This document shows, piece after piece, positions 1 to 12,700 of a DNA stretch of 64,000 nt. A program made the position numbers and the translations under genes. Position 1 is the stretch's first letter. Every line of letters starts with the position of its first letter. Location of the stretch: contig LSRY02000038.1 in NCBI GenBank assembly GCA_001643675.2, forward strand, positions 310,001 through 374,000. Direction: 5' to 3'. Under the pieces are notes generated by a model that saw only the letters and a list, made by a program, of their open reading frames with translations, had not been told where the DNA came from and ran no database searches. This DNA comes from Monocercomonoides exilis PA203 (Eukaryota; Protista; Preaxostyla).

Positions 1-748
1 GCCAAGCAGACTGATAGGCAAGTCGTGTCAAGTTGCAATGCTCTTGATGATATTTGATTATTTCTCTGATGTCATTTAAAAACAGTTCTTGTTCAACATC
101 CTATTGATAAAAAATGATAAAAATTAATAAGATAAAAATGAAATAGAAATATTCAAACTTCTATTGGATCAATGCAACTCAATGCCAACAAAGCCATTTC
201 CGTTTCTTTTTGAGTCTCCTCGCTTTCCTCTTTCTTCAACGCAACTTTCAGAAGACAAGGCACATAAATAGGACGCAATTCTGGTGAAGCATTGTTGCTC
301 AGCATAAGATAGCATTCGCAAAGGTCAACAAGAAGCTTTTCATTTTTCAATTCTTTCTTCTTCTCTTCTTCAGCAATCATCTTTTCAATTCTTTTGATAA
401 GTTTTGAATCATCAAAATTGTTACTCCACATCTTAATCAGTCCTTTTAAATATCCTATGTATTTCAGCAACAAAATAGCATTTGCCAAAGTCAATTTCTT
501 TTCTTCAATCATTTTGTCCATTTTAACGAACAGTTCTTCTGTGAAAACAGTTCTGAATTCTCTTCCATTCATATCATCTTCTAGGCTAATCATTTCAAGG
601 ATTTTCTGTTTCTGTGCATCCTTACTGCAATGTTCAAGCTCAGAAAACAATTCTGAAATAAAAAAAGAAAGAAAATCGAATCATCTGGACTTCTGTGAAA
701 CAATGAATGCAAACCATTGAATTTTTCAGTGTTTTCCTTCCCCAGCAT
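1..748 (-). CDS. Expanded helical-repeat family gene, copy A (3 exons, runs off window start)
   Basis: Exons 748-715, 652-159 and 100-<1 joined by GT-AG introns. Family motifs VPCLLKVALKKEESEETQKETEMALLALSCI and EIIKYHQEHCNLTRLAYQSAW. Confidence 0.75.
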
Positions 749-3700
749 CTTTGAAAACAGATAACATTCGGAAAACAACAAATTTTCCATAATTCAAATT
801 AAATTCGAATACGTTTGGATAAAAGAAATTGATGAATAGGTTAAACTTAAAAAGGCTTTAAAAAATATGTGTTCATACCGTACATTTTTGCATTTGTGTT
901 TTTAACAAATCAGATTCAAGAAAACCAACGTTTAATTTTTTGTCTTTATTTGTAATGGATTCCATGATCATCAGAAATGAAAAACGGAATATTCCATTCA
1001 CAGAATGAGAAATCCGTGAATGAACATTACCTGTAGAACTCGAAATATTATTTCCTGTGTGACAACAAAAATTGGTGAGATGCAATATTTTTGGAATTCT
1101 GCCTGATGACTTTTGTCAATTGGATGGCCAAAAGGAATGCAACAATTTCATCAATTGCACAAAAGATGTAATGTATGTAATTTATATTTTTCTGTTTGTT
1201 GTGAAGATATTATCATCTGTAACCTTTCCAAAGTGCAGGAATCCGAATGATTGTTGAAATGGCCAATCCCCGCTTTGGAGAGCAATACGATGAGAACGGA
1301 GCAGATTATTATATAGACATTGGGAAATAAATGAAGTTACACAAGATGCATGATTTTTATTTGGCCCAAGAGGTGAAAACAAATTCAACTGATGTTTTAT
1401 TGAATGAAGATGAAAAGAAGGAATTCTGTGAAGGACAAAATCTGCACAAAATTTTATAGCATTTTGGAATGTTAGGCAGGGAGAGCAGTTTGTGGTTTTT
1501 TTTTTGGCAAGGAAAGTGGCTGGCAATATCGAGGGAAGGATATTAATCACAATAAAAAAGGCAATAATTCAATGGAAAAAAGAACACCAAAATATCCGTT
1601 TGATTTATAAGGTTTTCCTGCTTCTCGGACTGTGCCAGGCAGACATGGAAGGCTGCGAATTTCTATTTCTGATTCCGCTTTTGCTTCAAAAGAGTGGAAA
1701 AGCGCTAAGGACGAATCATCCAATTGTCGAATATTAGCTTGCAGTCGAACAACATTCAGGCCAATCGCCTTTGAATTTCATTCTTCGAAGGGACAGCTAT
1801 TTTGAGCAAGCAAGGCAATTATCATTTGAAGTTTGCTTTCTTTGATGCCACAGCCGATGAAAGAGAATTCGATGGTTTTTGTTTTCATCATGTGTTTTTC
1901 AACAAAATTGTTGTTGCATTCAGTTTCTATGTCGGTGCATGGTCCATTATATTTTGTGCCTTGGTTATCGATGAATGAATGCCAACTTTTTCAATCATTC
2001 CTCCTCTTCGCTGTTGAAGCATAGCCAACTCATTCTCTTCATTTTCATCAGGGTTTATTTTCCTCATCAGCAATCTCGTTGACATTTGATGCCTTCCAAT
2101 CACGCAGGCTAAAGAGCCATGTCCTTCAAGCACAGAAAGATGAATATTCATTTCATTATCAGTGGATCCATTTCGTCTGCTTCAATTTGCCAAATGTCTT
2201 CTTCATCACATTTTCCTCTTTCTTCTCCTTCCCCCTCTTTTTATTTTTATATATTCAATTAATCTTATTAAATAATATTAATTGAAGTTTACTGTTCTAA
2301 ACCTGTTTTATATTCCTAAGATAATTACGCAGCTTGGATTAAAACAGACATGCCAAATGGAAATCGCATGAGACTTGAAAAATTGACAGAGGAAACATGA
2401 GCAAAGACACAATACCAGAAGACAAAGGAGATAAAGAAGATGCAGAGAATATGAAAGGAGTTGTGTTGACTTCCTGATGCTGACTGTGGCATGCATCCCA
2501 TCGATATTGTTAAGGGTGCAGGACACCACACACTTCCTAATTCATGCAACAAAAGAAAAATCATTTCTATCATTTCCTGTTATTTGGGAAACAGCTCTCT
2601 TTTGTTATTTCCGAACTTCCTATCATTCGTGATGCCTTGTTGCTTCTGGTGGATCAGCTGCCTTGAGAGTGTGGTTATTGCAACAGAGCTTGCTGAGCCT
2701 GATGAAGGAGGGGCAGAATCAGAAAAGAAAAGAAGAAAAAGATGCGCATTGAGGATTTCCAACTTCTTTATTGAGCGAAAGAAATGTTGCCAGTGTATTT
2801 TGGAAGAGAAAAGAAGAAGGAAAAAGAGAAAAGAAGGAGAAGGAGTAGATGATGGAGAAAAATAATAATTTTCTTTTTGCTGTTTGCATCTGTTTCTTTC
2901 CAACAATCACATTTTTGATTTTGTGTTTCTCTTTTGTTGTCTATTACTTTCTTTTTTTCTTCATCAACAATCATGCTTTGATATTTTCAAAGCGATTTCA
3001 GACTTGTCGAGAAAACAATTCAATTGCCTCAGTGTATTTCACAAAATCATTTGTGATTCAACGGCAAGGAAGAAAATCCTTTGTTTTGCTTGACTTCTTC
3101 AAATATCATGCCTGTTCACTTTTTCGAGAAGCATTTATTCAATCTGTCTCTCAGCAAAAATAAAAATTTTGTTTTCCCCTTTCCCCAATACAAACAAGAT
3201 TATTATTTTCTTTTTTGTGGGGCTGCCCAAGAAACAGACTTTTGAGCATCTTTTGGAATTTTATCTCTTTTCATTTTGTCAATCCGCCTTTGAATTCATT
3301 TTTCAGCTTCGAATGTGAAAAAGACACCAATACACTCATTTTCATTTTCTCCAAATAATTTCTGATTTTTCTTTTCGTTAACTCCATATTTGTTCTTTCA
3401 TTAACTTCATGATATCGAGTTATTCAAGAAAAAGTGAAAAAAAAAAGATGAAATTTTCTTCTATTAAGGAAAAATGATCAATGCAACACTTGATTTCCAG
3501 CTCTTACCAAAACGCGCATGATGCAACCGTTGCTTCTGCTTTGTTTTCTGATGCAAACGCATCGTTTGTGCTTATTCATTTTCCTTCTTTTTGAAGCGCT
3601 TTGCCATGCAAACTGAACATGCCGTTTTTTCAATAAGAATGAAAGAGGACTCTGATGATGTGACCAAAGACGAAATCCGAGAAACGCCTATTACACACAT

Positions 3701-4535
3701 GTTCACAAGTTTGCTCATCTTCGATTTTGGTTTTGAAGTTGTGAAATTTTGTGTATTTTTGAAATTTTTATTAAATCTTTACAGAATTGTTTTATGAGCT
3801 GGAAGACTGCCCAGAAATAGAACAGAAAGTTAAAATCCTTGAAATGAATGAAATGGTTGATAAAATGGATGAAGAAGAATTTAGACAGGTTTTCACGGTT
3901 GAGCTGTTCAACAGAATAGATCAAATGATTGAAGAAAAGAAATTATCATTTGAAAAATCAGCTGTGCTATTGAAGCATGCGGGTTGTATAAAGAAATTGA
4001 AATGCTTTTTTTTATATTCTTTTGATGAATCATTATTGGTCAAAAGAATAAGAGAGATGATAATTGATGAAAATGAGAATATGGAAGAAAAGAACGAAAA
4101 GCTTTTTATTGATTCCTGTGAATGCTATATTACTCAAAGCTTCCTCTACCTATTTAGCTTGCTTCAAATTTGTGTGCCTTGCCTTTTGAAAGTTGCGTTG
4201 AAGAAAGAGGAAGGCGAGGAAGCTCAAAAAGAAGTGGAAATGGCTTTGTTGGCTTTGAGCTGCATTAATGATAATGATGTATGAACATTTCTATTTCATT
4301 TTTGATGTTGCTGTAATTTTTTATATTTCTTTTTAAGTTTGTCGAGCAGAGACTGTATTTGAATGAAATCAGAGAGATCATCCAATACCATCAAGAATGC
4401 AGAAATCTATCACATCTAGCGTATCAATCAGCTTGGAAATTTTTAATGGGAAGATTTTACGAAAGCAAAAGTCTTGAAGGACTGATTGTGAATGAGCTGC
4501 ATTTTGTGAGAGAAGCAAGAAGAGAACTGGAAGAG
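1..4535. repeat. Left arm of inverted segmental duplication (partner ~56102-60670)
   Basis: The head-to-head gene pair and its ~3 kb spacer recur reverse-complemented. ORFs 3787-4284 and 56352-56849 are nearly identical; the spacer near 961-1040 matches ~59640-59722. Confidence 0.9.
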
Positions 4536-5105
4536 CTGATGATATGTGTGGACTTGAAGAGAAATGAAAAGGAACTGGGAAAAACTATTGAATACAATAT
4601 GATGAAAAGATGGATGGATACGATTAAAACCTATTTTTCTCGAATCAGTGATATAAAGAATGAAGAAGAGTGCGCAGGATTGGCTGTGAGTGTTGTTGGG
4701 ATATATGAAGCAGCGAAGTTTGGGAAAAACTTGATATGTGGCAAATGTGTACACTTTTTTAATTCCATGGCAAGACCTTACGTGTGGAAAAGCGAAAAAA
4801 TTGATGTATTTGTGAAGAGCGGAGCTGTAGAGTGTGCTTTGGATTATGTGCACCGACAGACATTGGAAGATGATAGTGTTATTTATGTTTGTTTTGCTAT
4901 ATTTTCACAGTTTTGCAACAGATTAGAAAGCGCGGAATATAAAAATTTTGATAATTCAAAATGGAAGTTTAAAAGGAAGATTCTTGGAAAGATGGAAGAA
5001 GAAGGATATGAAGATTGCATAGTTGGATTAATATATTGGATAAAAGGTTCATTTTTATCTGAAATGTTTAATTTGAATTTAAAAAATTATTTAGTTTGTT
5101 ACTGA
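3606..5105 (+). CDS. Expanded family gene, copy B (exons 3606-3708, 3785-4278, 4338-5105)
   Basis: Introns 3709-3784 (phase 1) and 4279-4337 (phase 0) have GT-AG ends and splice the ORFs in frame. Ends with the family motif KMEEEGYEDCI. Confidence 0.8.
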
Positions 5106-5573
5106 TTTAATAATATTTATTAATCACTTCAAAAATACAACAATTGTTTGTTTTGAAGGAGAGGATTTTTTTGCTCAATTCTTCTGTTTTAAGTCAGTTG
5201 AAGATGAAATGAAAATAAAAATAAAAAAAGGAAAAAGAAAAATGAAAATATTCTTGAAATGAAAACAATTTTGAAAAAAATCATCTTTATTTCATTTTAT
5301 GTTTTCTTTGAAGAAAACATTTATTCGCTCTGTTTATTTCTGCAAGTTTTTCGGAATAAGTTTGTGCAACGAATAAAGACTTTTATCACTCCCACTTATA
5401 CACCAACAATTATTTAAAGTCGAAAAACTTTCAATCGAAATCGTAATTTTAATCATGAAAAATTAATGTTAAAAAAAAGAGAGAATTGAAGTGAAGAAAA
5501 TTTTTATTCTTATACTGAAGAAAATTTTTTCTCAATATTTGTGAATATGTTTTCTGCGAATTAAGAAAATACA

Positions 5574-5927
5574 GATATCGCATAAAATACCGGACAAGAT
5601 CGATTTTGCATTAACTGCAAGAAGAATAATTCTGACAATTTTCCTCATAATAAATCTCATCATTGCAAACTCAATTGAAAAATGAGACTTTCAAAATAGC
5701 TTCATTTGTGCTCAGAGAAAATTGTTTTTAAAATTTCGGAGAAATATGATTCAAAGCATTTCAGAGATTTCAATCATTAATTCTTTCTGAGCACAAATGA
5801 GGCTATTTTGAAAGTTTTGTATATCAACTGAGTTAGTATTGATAAGATGTATTAAAAAAAAATTATCGGTATTATTCTATTTGCCGTTATTAAGAAATCG
5901 ATATTATTAGGAAATTTTTACAATGTC
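5574..5927. repeat. Degenerate ~350-bp palindrome (fold-back/MITE-like)
   Basis: actttcaaaatagcttcatttgtgctcaga (~5687-5716) pairs with tctgagcacaaatgaggctattttgaaagt (~5787-5816), and imperfect pairing extends ~110 bp further on each side. Confidence 0.75.
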
Positions 5928-6117
5928 AAGTGTTTAATGCTCAAATTGAAAATAGAAATAAAATATTTTGATACATTACGAAACAGTTGATGATAATCGT
6001 TTTTGAGTTACCCATTCCATAGAATTATTATATTTCAAATAGAATTTTCGAAAAAATCATCCTTGAAGTTTGTGAAAGATTCCATATCAAAAAAGAACAC
6101 ATTGTTTATTTATGAAA

Positions 6118-6170
<53 letters not shown>

Positions 6171-6722
6171 CATAACATCATTACAAGTTTTTTTAAAAAA
6201 AATCCCTCAACAGGATTCCGGAAAAAAGAGGGACAGTTGCTTATATGTTCTGTTCATGTAGTTTTCATAAAGGGAAATATTTTTCCAATATCCCAATGGA
6301 GAAAAAAAAAGATCAAAACTCTAATAATATGTATATTTTTCAAAGGATCAGCCTCATTCTAATTTTTAAAATAAGAAATGATATTTTTGAATCTCAACAG
6401 CGTGGGCTTAAAAAACAATACCATTGAAACAATTTTTTTTAAAATAAAAATGTGATGTGCTCTTTCACTATTGGTATGCGGTTGCAACCCTTAACCTCAC
6501 ATTCTAAAAAAAAAATTTGAAATGATTAAATGATATATAACAAGTTCTTGAAGTGATGCATTCATAACTAGCAGAGAAACATGACATATATAACAAAAGA
6601 TATACACAAAAAAGCAAAAGCCAGCATATGCGTTCTTTTTAATTTGCTCTGGAATATCAAAGCTTGGATTAAATTCCATGAAACTTGCGAAACCGCTCAA
6701 GAACTATTTCATGAGCAATAAC

Positions 6723-9700
6723 TCAAGGCAGCCCCTCTTCCTCCTCTTCCATTTCAGTCATCTTTGCGATATCATTCAATTTCTTCACAACTTCCTTTAA
6801 CGTCATTCTTTCTTCTGGAACATCTTTCCACATCGCCTCCATAAGCTCCACCAGCCCTTCTCCAATGATACCTTCAGTCAGCGGACGCACTCCATCCCTC
6901 AGCATCTCCTGCGCTTCTTCTGCATCACACTCACTCAAGGGAACTTCTCCTGTTGTCAGCTCGTGTAGAATCAGCCCAAGCGTCAGCACAACAGACTGCT
7001 CCAAGATGTCCCCATCAAACGTGTTTTTACTCAGCTTTTGCAACTCCGGTGCCATCCACCGCCTCAGCTCCTTCCTCATTTTCTTTTCTTTAAACTCCTC
7101 TGTTGCCACATACACGTTGTTCTCTTTCTCGTCTCCCAGAAATATCGTATATGGACTCAGCTGCCTTGCCATCATAGCAACCCTCCTGTCTTCCTCATGA
7201 ATCATCCTCGCAAACAGCTCTGCCAGCGACTTCACAATGCTCTTCCCATCCAGCACATTCATCGACAGCGTTCCCAACGTAAATCTCCCTTGTGCTGCAT
7301 GAACTTCCGAGTAAAGAGAGCGCAGATCTGTCCGTTTCCCTTCCTGATACGGCTTCTGCGTGGAAATAACATACGCGCTCTGAAGCTGTGGCTTCGAAGG
7401 ATCTTCCAACTCGTTTGGCACTTCGTTTTCTTCTCCTTCTCCCTCTTCTGGAATGACAAGTTCAGGCGGATCAGGCAGATCTGGCAGATCTTCTTCGCCT
7501 GCATACTCTTCGAGCGCAGGAAGGTCTGGCAGATCGTCGTCGATAAACAGCGGATTCTGGCTCGACATGTTGCTCAGGAGACCCAGCCCCATCTCGCTCA
7601 TCTCTCTCATCTCGTGGCTCTTCTTGTCCTCTTCGATTCGCTTCTCCAGCTTCTCTAAAATCTGCTTGTTCTCAACAGTCGCCTGCTTCGACTTCATTTC
7701 AGAAATCACCAGCCGCTTGTGCTGGATTAATATGAACACAATAAGCACAGCTGTGACTGCCACAAACATCACCAGAATCACAATAAACGCCACAAGACTC
7801 CATTCTGTGTTGCTCTTTCTCTTGTTGTCGGGATCGTCCTTCTTATCTGTCTTGTTCGCCGAAGGATCAGTCTCATTCAAGCCAGGCCCAACGTCTGTTC
7901 TGTTCTTCACCACAAATGCATCTGTCGGTGTGAGCACAGCTGTTTCTTTAAACAGCAACATCGCACTTACTTCCACCCCAGTGCCTGCTGAGCTTATCAC
8001 ATTCTGCGGAATTCTGCCAACAACTTCATTCTCTGAGACAAAGTCTTCAGAAGCAAAATCAAAGTCACGCAATTGCTCTCCGCTCTGATAAGAAAATCTG
8101 ACACGGAACGACAAGTTGCAAGGCATCAGAAGCTCTCCTTTGAATGTCAGCTTAACCACATTTGCTGCCATTGTCATTGACACATTGCTGAGAATGGGAA
8201 TGAAGAACAAAGATGCCTGCTCTGCAACTATAGCTCCAGATACCTCGCATCCTTCATTCAGCATCCACCACGACGGATGACTTCCTGGGGAATCGTCATC
8301 GCTCACATTAACAAGATTCAAAATACCAGAATTCTCACAAAGCACGTTCCTTCTGGCAGAGGGGTACTTGTCAATGAATGGATTGTTGTTTCGGAATATA
8401 ACCATCGCAAATGTTGTGTTTCCGCCTGAAATGGTGATCGCTCCTTTTGCAGCGTTTGCGAATGTCAAGCGCTGAAACGAAGCGATACAATCCACCAGGC
8501 TAATCAACGAACCGTTCCAGAAGCACACATCCTCAGATGATGCGTTGTTTGAAAATTTGTATTCATTTGAGCTTCCATCAAACGAAGTCTCAATAATCTC
8601 ACATTCCTCTTTGAATGAAGCAATCTGCCCCTTCTGAGAAGAAGTCGTATGGTTGGTAAAAGAACAATTGATAACAGAAACTCTTGTTGGAGAAGGAGGC
8701 ACAGAAATTATGCATGAGCCTACAGCTGCTCGGCTTATGTTCATAAAATATGCCTTATCAATTTCGATTGACGGAATATTGTTTGATTGACTTGTCTTCG
8801 CTGTGCTTGAAGTAGTAATTTCAATCAAAGAGCTTCTATCAAGTGCAATATTTGTAGCATTTGTCACTCCGATGACAAGATTTGCGTTTGGCGACAGGCA
8901 AAATAACGAGCGCTCCAAGTTCAGTCCGTCAAAAGATAGAGTATCCAATTGATATTTGGTTATTTCCTTCATCAAAAACACTGGAAAGCTGAAATTTAAC
9001 TGTTTTATGCTCACATTGAAGAGATACAGAGGACCAGACAGAACAGTCACCAAAGAGAAATTCAGATTAAAGTTCTCTCCGTTAAGACAGGTGAATATGC
9101 ATGATTTAATCGATAACGATCCGTTTGACTGAACAATAAAGTCATTGTGGCTGGTAACAAATCCGTCCTGAAATTGAAAAATGAGGAATTCGAAATTCAC
9201 ATCTCCTGAGCATTCCATAACACATGCAGACGACGAAGGCACTTCTAACTCCTGCATCAGACGCACATAAGCATCTGATGTTATATTGCAGTTCACAACC
9301 CACGCATTAGAAATCATCACATCCTTTGTGACCCCGCATTCTAAAAATATATAAATATACCTTAATTCTGATCCAGTCAGATGGCTCAATCCGTAATTGA
9401 GTGTGGCGCATCGATGAATAATATTTCCACATGTAGTGTTATCGACCCCTTCTCCTTTCCTTGAACTAATATAAATAGAATCGCTTCGGTACACGTTTAT
9501 CATGTGCATCAGATCAACAATGCGCATTGGCTTTGTCTCGTCTGTCGCACATATCGCATTTTCTTCAATGTAACCTTCCATATATCTCAGATTAAACTGC
9601 GAATCGCTAATCTGCGTGGCAACCGAGTAGCACTTGATAAACGCATTACACCCCACAAGCGCCCGATTTCCATTAAAGTCAACAGTCGATATGAAAAACG

Positions 9701-12700
9701 GCATCAGCTCGTCCAAACGCGAAATGCTCCTCAAAAACAATCCCCCACCGTTCCCACTGGAAGCAAAGCAATACGCAAACGATCCGTTTAAAAGCTCCAC
9801 TTCTCCTGTGTCGTCAAGCTGGATCAGCATTGCCCCACCACATTCACTTGAATTAGCAGAACAGTAATGAAAACTTGAGTTGGTTATCCTGACTGTATCC
9901 TCGTTGTTGGCGTTTGCCGAAATAGCAGCTGGAAAATCTTCAGTCTGTGTCAGGAAATAAAACATGCACTGCTCCATTATCAGATTTCCAATGCTTTTCT
10001 TTGAGGACAAATGAAACTCGAAAAGCGCTTTTGAAGTCTTTATATATTCGAATGTGCAAGAAGTTATATTCGCCTGCCCGTCTTTGATAGACAGAAGCAC
10101 ATAAGGCAGCGCTCCAGTGAAGTTGGCTTTGAAAAAGCATTCATTCAAATTGATTTGGGCTAGCTTTGATTGAGTCTCTATTAAGATAGTCTGCCCTTGT
10201 GTGAAAGTTTCTGGAATAGAAAAGTTGAATTTATTGAAGGAAGAAGTCACCACCTTCATCACAACCCCGTTTTCGTAAGAAATCACCCCATTCACAACAA
10301 ATTTCAGAGTCGAATTTTTGCTTGGTTGAATCAAATGCCTGTCAAAAACGGATTCGCTACTCAATCCGCTGTCATTCACCAGAAGAAGCATCGCATTTCC
10401 TTCATTGGGGATTCTTTCCAGCCCCAAATCGATAGAAATACAAGGGAAATCTTCTCTTCCGCAGGCAACGCTGTCAAACCCGTTCTCTCCATCCACATAA
10501 ATCGTGGAGTCCGTATACCCACTCACAAAAACGCATAAATTCGTTATTTCTTGGAAATGTGCCCTATCGCAGCCCATGAATGCATTAACCCTTGCAGACG
10601 AGTTATACCCATTCACAAAAGCAAAATTTGCAGGAGTTAACATTTCTGAAAGATCTTTGCACGAAATAAACACATCGCTTCCGATCTGGGCGTAGTTTTG
10701 CTTCAACTCCAAATCACAGAATTCCACATTGCAATTCTCCAGAGGGCATTCCACGCAAATAAACCCGCCTCTCCCAACCCCCCCAAAGTTACTTCCGCAG
10801 AACATAACTGTCGTATCGTTAACGAACAGATCGCCACTACGCGTCAACCTCGCCAGCACCACTCCGCCTTCCTCGCTGAGAGCAGACGAAACATAATACA
10901 TTTGGCATTTGTTGATCTTCATCGGAAAAGTGACAGTTGACTCAGCAACTGCGGAAGAACCAGGCGACGTCGAGAAAAGGCCTGGCTCAGATCTGCCTTC
11001 AACTTCCACGTCACTAAGGCTGTTGTTAAAGAAGTCAAGCAACGGAGTGAAATCACTGTTTCCTCTGGATTCAGAGTGAGCCGCGCTAATTTGATTCACA
11101 AGGAAAAATGGTGAGCCTGGCAATTTAACACTTGTTATAGAAAATCCTCTCAGTTCAACATGCAGCAACCCATAGAGCAAAAATGGATTTGTTTCAAGAT
11201 TTATTGCACCGAGCGAGCAATCGTCCATTATTAGTGTGCGACTTTTGATCAGGAGAAGCGGATATGTGATGCTTTCATTGGTTTGATTATAAAAAGAGCA
11301 TTTTATCAGTTCAAGACTCATGTTATCGTTTCCTTCTGTTCCGATAAGAGAAGTTGTAGAAGTTGAAAAACAGGATGGAATATTCATATGCATCCTATTA
11401 AATCCCAAGGAATCTAGATACGATATCACAACGCCTTTCGATCCTGTATTTATATTTGAGTCAAAATAAAGTTCTGCATAGCAACTATCATTCATGCTTT
11501 CGATGTTCAAAGACGAAAATGAACACGTCTCTTTCATTGTGACTTCATCCACAATGTGAATTTCCCTGTTCCAGCCAGATGAAGACTGACGCAAGTTTTC
11601 TGTTGCTCTCTGGAATGATTGGCAAGGATACAATTCATCTCCACAGCCGATGCTGTCTTTCCCAAGATGATCCACAAAAATAGAGGAATCTTTCCGCTGA
11701 ACCAGAAAATGAGTCAGCAAGTCGATAGGCTCTTCAAAAAATGGACTCGGCTCTTCTCCGAACAAGCTCAATACACTCCCATTTTCCATATTAAATTTTT
11801 GGAACCTTTCAACAGTGACTGACTCACATAAATCATTAGATCGAACAAATATGTCATTTCCATATCCCGCTTCATTAGCCCCGAATTTCAATAAATTGAA
11901 AGAGAAATTATTTATCGAATTTTCAGCTATATCCAAATAAATGCCTCCTCCTTTGCCTTCAGTTTTATTCACTTTGCATTGCTCAAGTGTATTGTTCTGC
12001 ATCACAAGAAAATTCTCCGCAGTCAATTTCGCATTCACCGCACAGCCATCCCCAGCATCTCTCTTCATGTTAAGAAACGTCGTGTTGGAGATTTCTGATT
12101 TTGCATCAACAATCTTCACGAACGAATCTTCCATCTGAAATCCTGTGAATTCACACGACTTCAGATAAAGCTTGCCCAACGCCAAATATATCTGTGGCCT
12201 CTGAAACGACTGCCAATTCGATCCAGATCCAACAGACACGACACACTGGTTCAATATAAGCGCTCCTGCCGTGTCATTCACCAAAAACAGAGTTTTCACG
12301 TTGAGGAAGCGGATAAATGTCATGCACTCCAACGAAAGCGTGGCGGGGCCTATTTGAAACAACTCCTCCAAATGGAGATTCTCGTCTGTGGTAACTTCAC
12401 ATTGGCTCGGATTTTGCCCTGATCCAGAGATGCTTCCATTCAAAACCACAATCTGCTCTGTTGTGTAAGTTCCCGAAAGCAGGAGAAACATCTTCCCCAG
12501 CTCATTCGACCGCTCAATCCCCTTCTTAAGCGTACGGCAGTTGCAAGTGACGCTTTCTTCGCTTCCACAGCCTTCCCAATCATTCCCCCTTTCCGATACA
12601 TGAATTGGACTGCTATCAGCTTTAACAGCAAACGGATCTTCAATCTTGTTCAGTATGTCTTCCGAAGACATCCCAGCAAATACTGATCTTGGCTCTTCGC

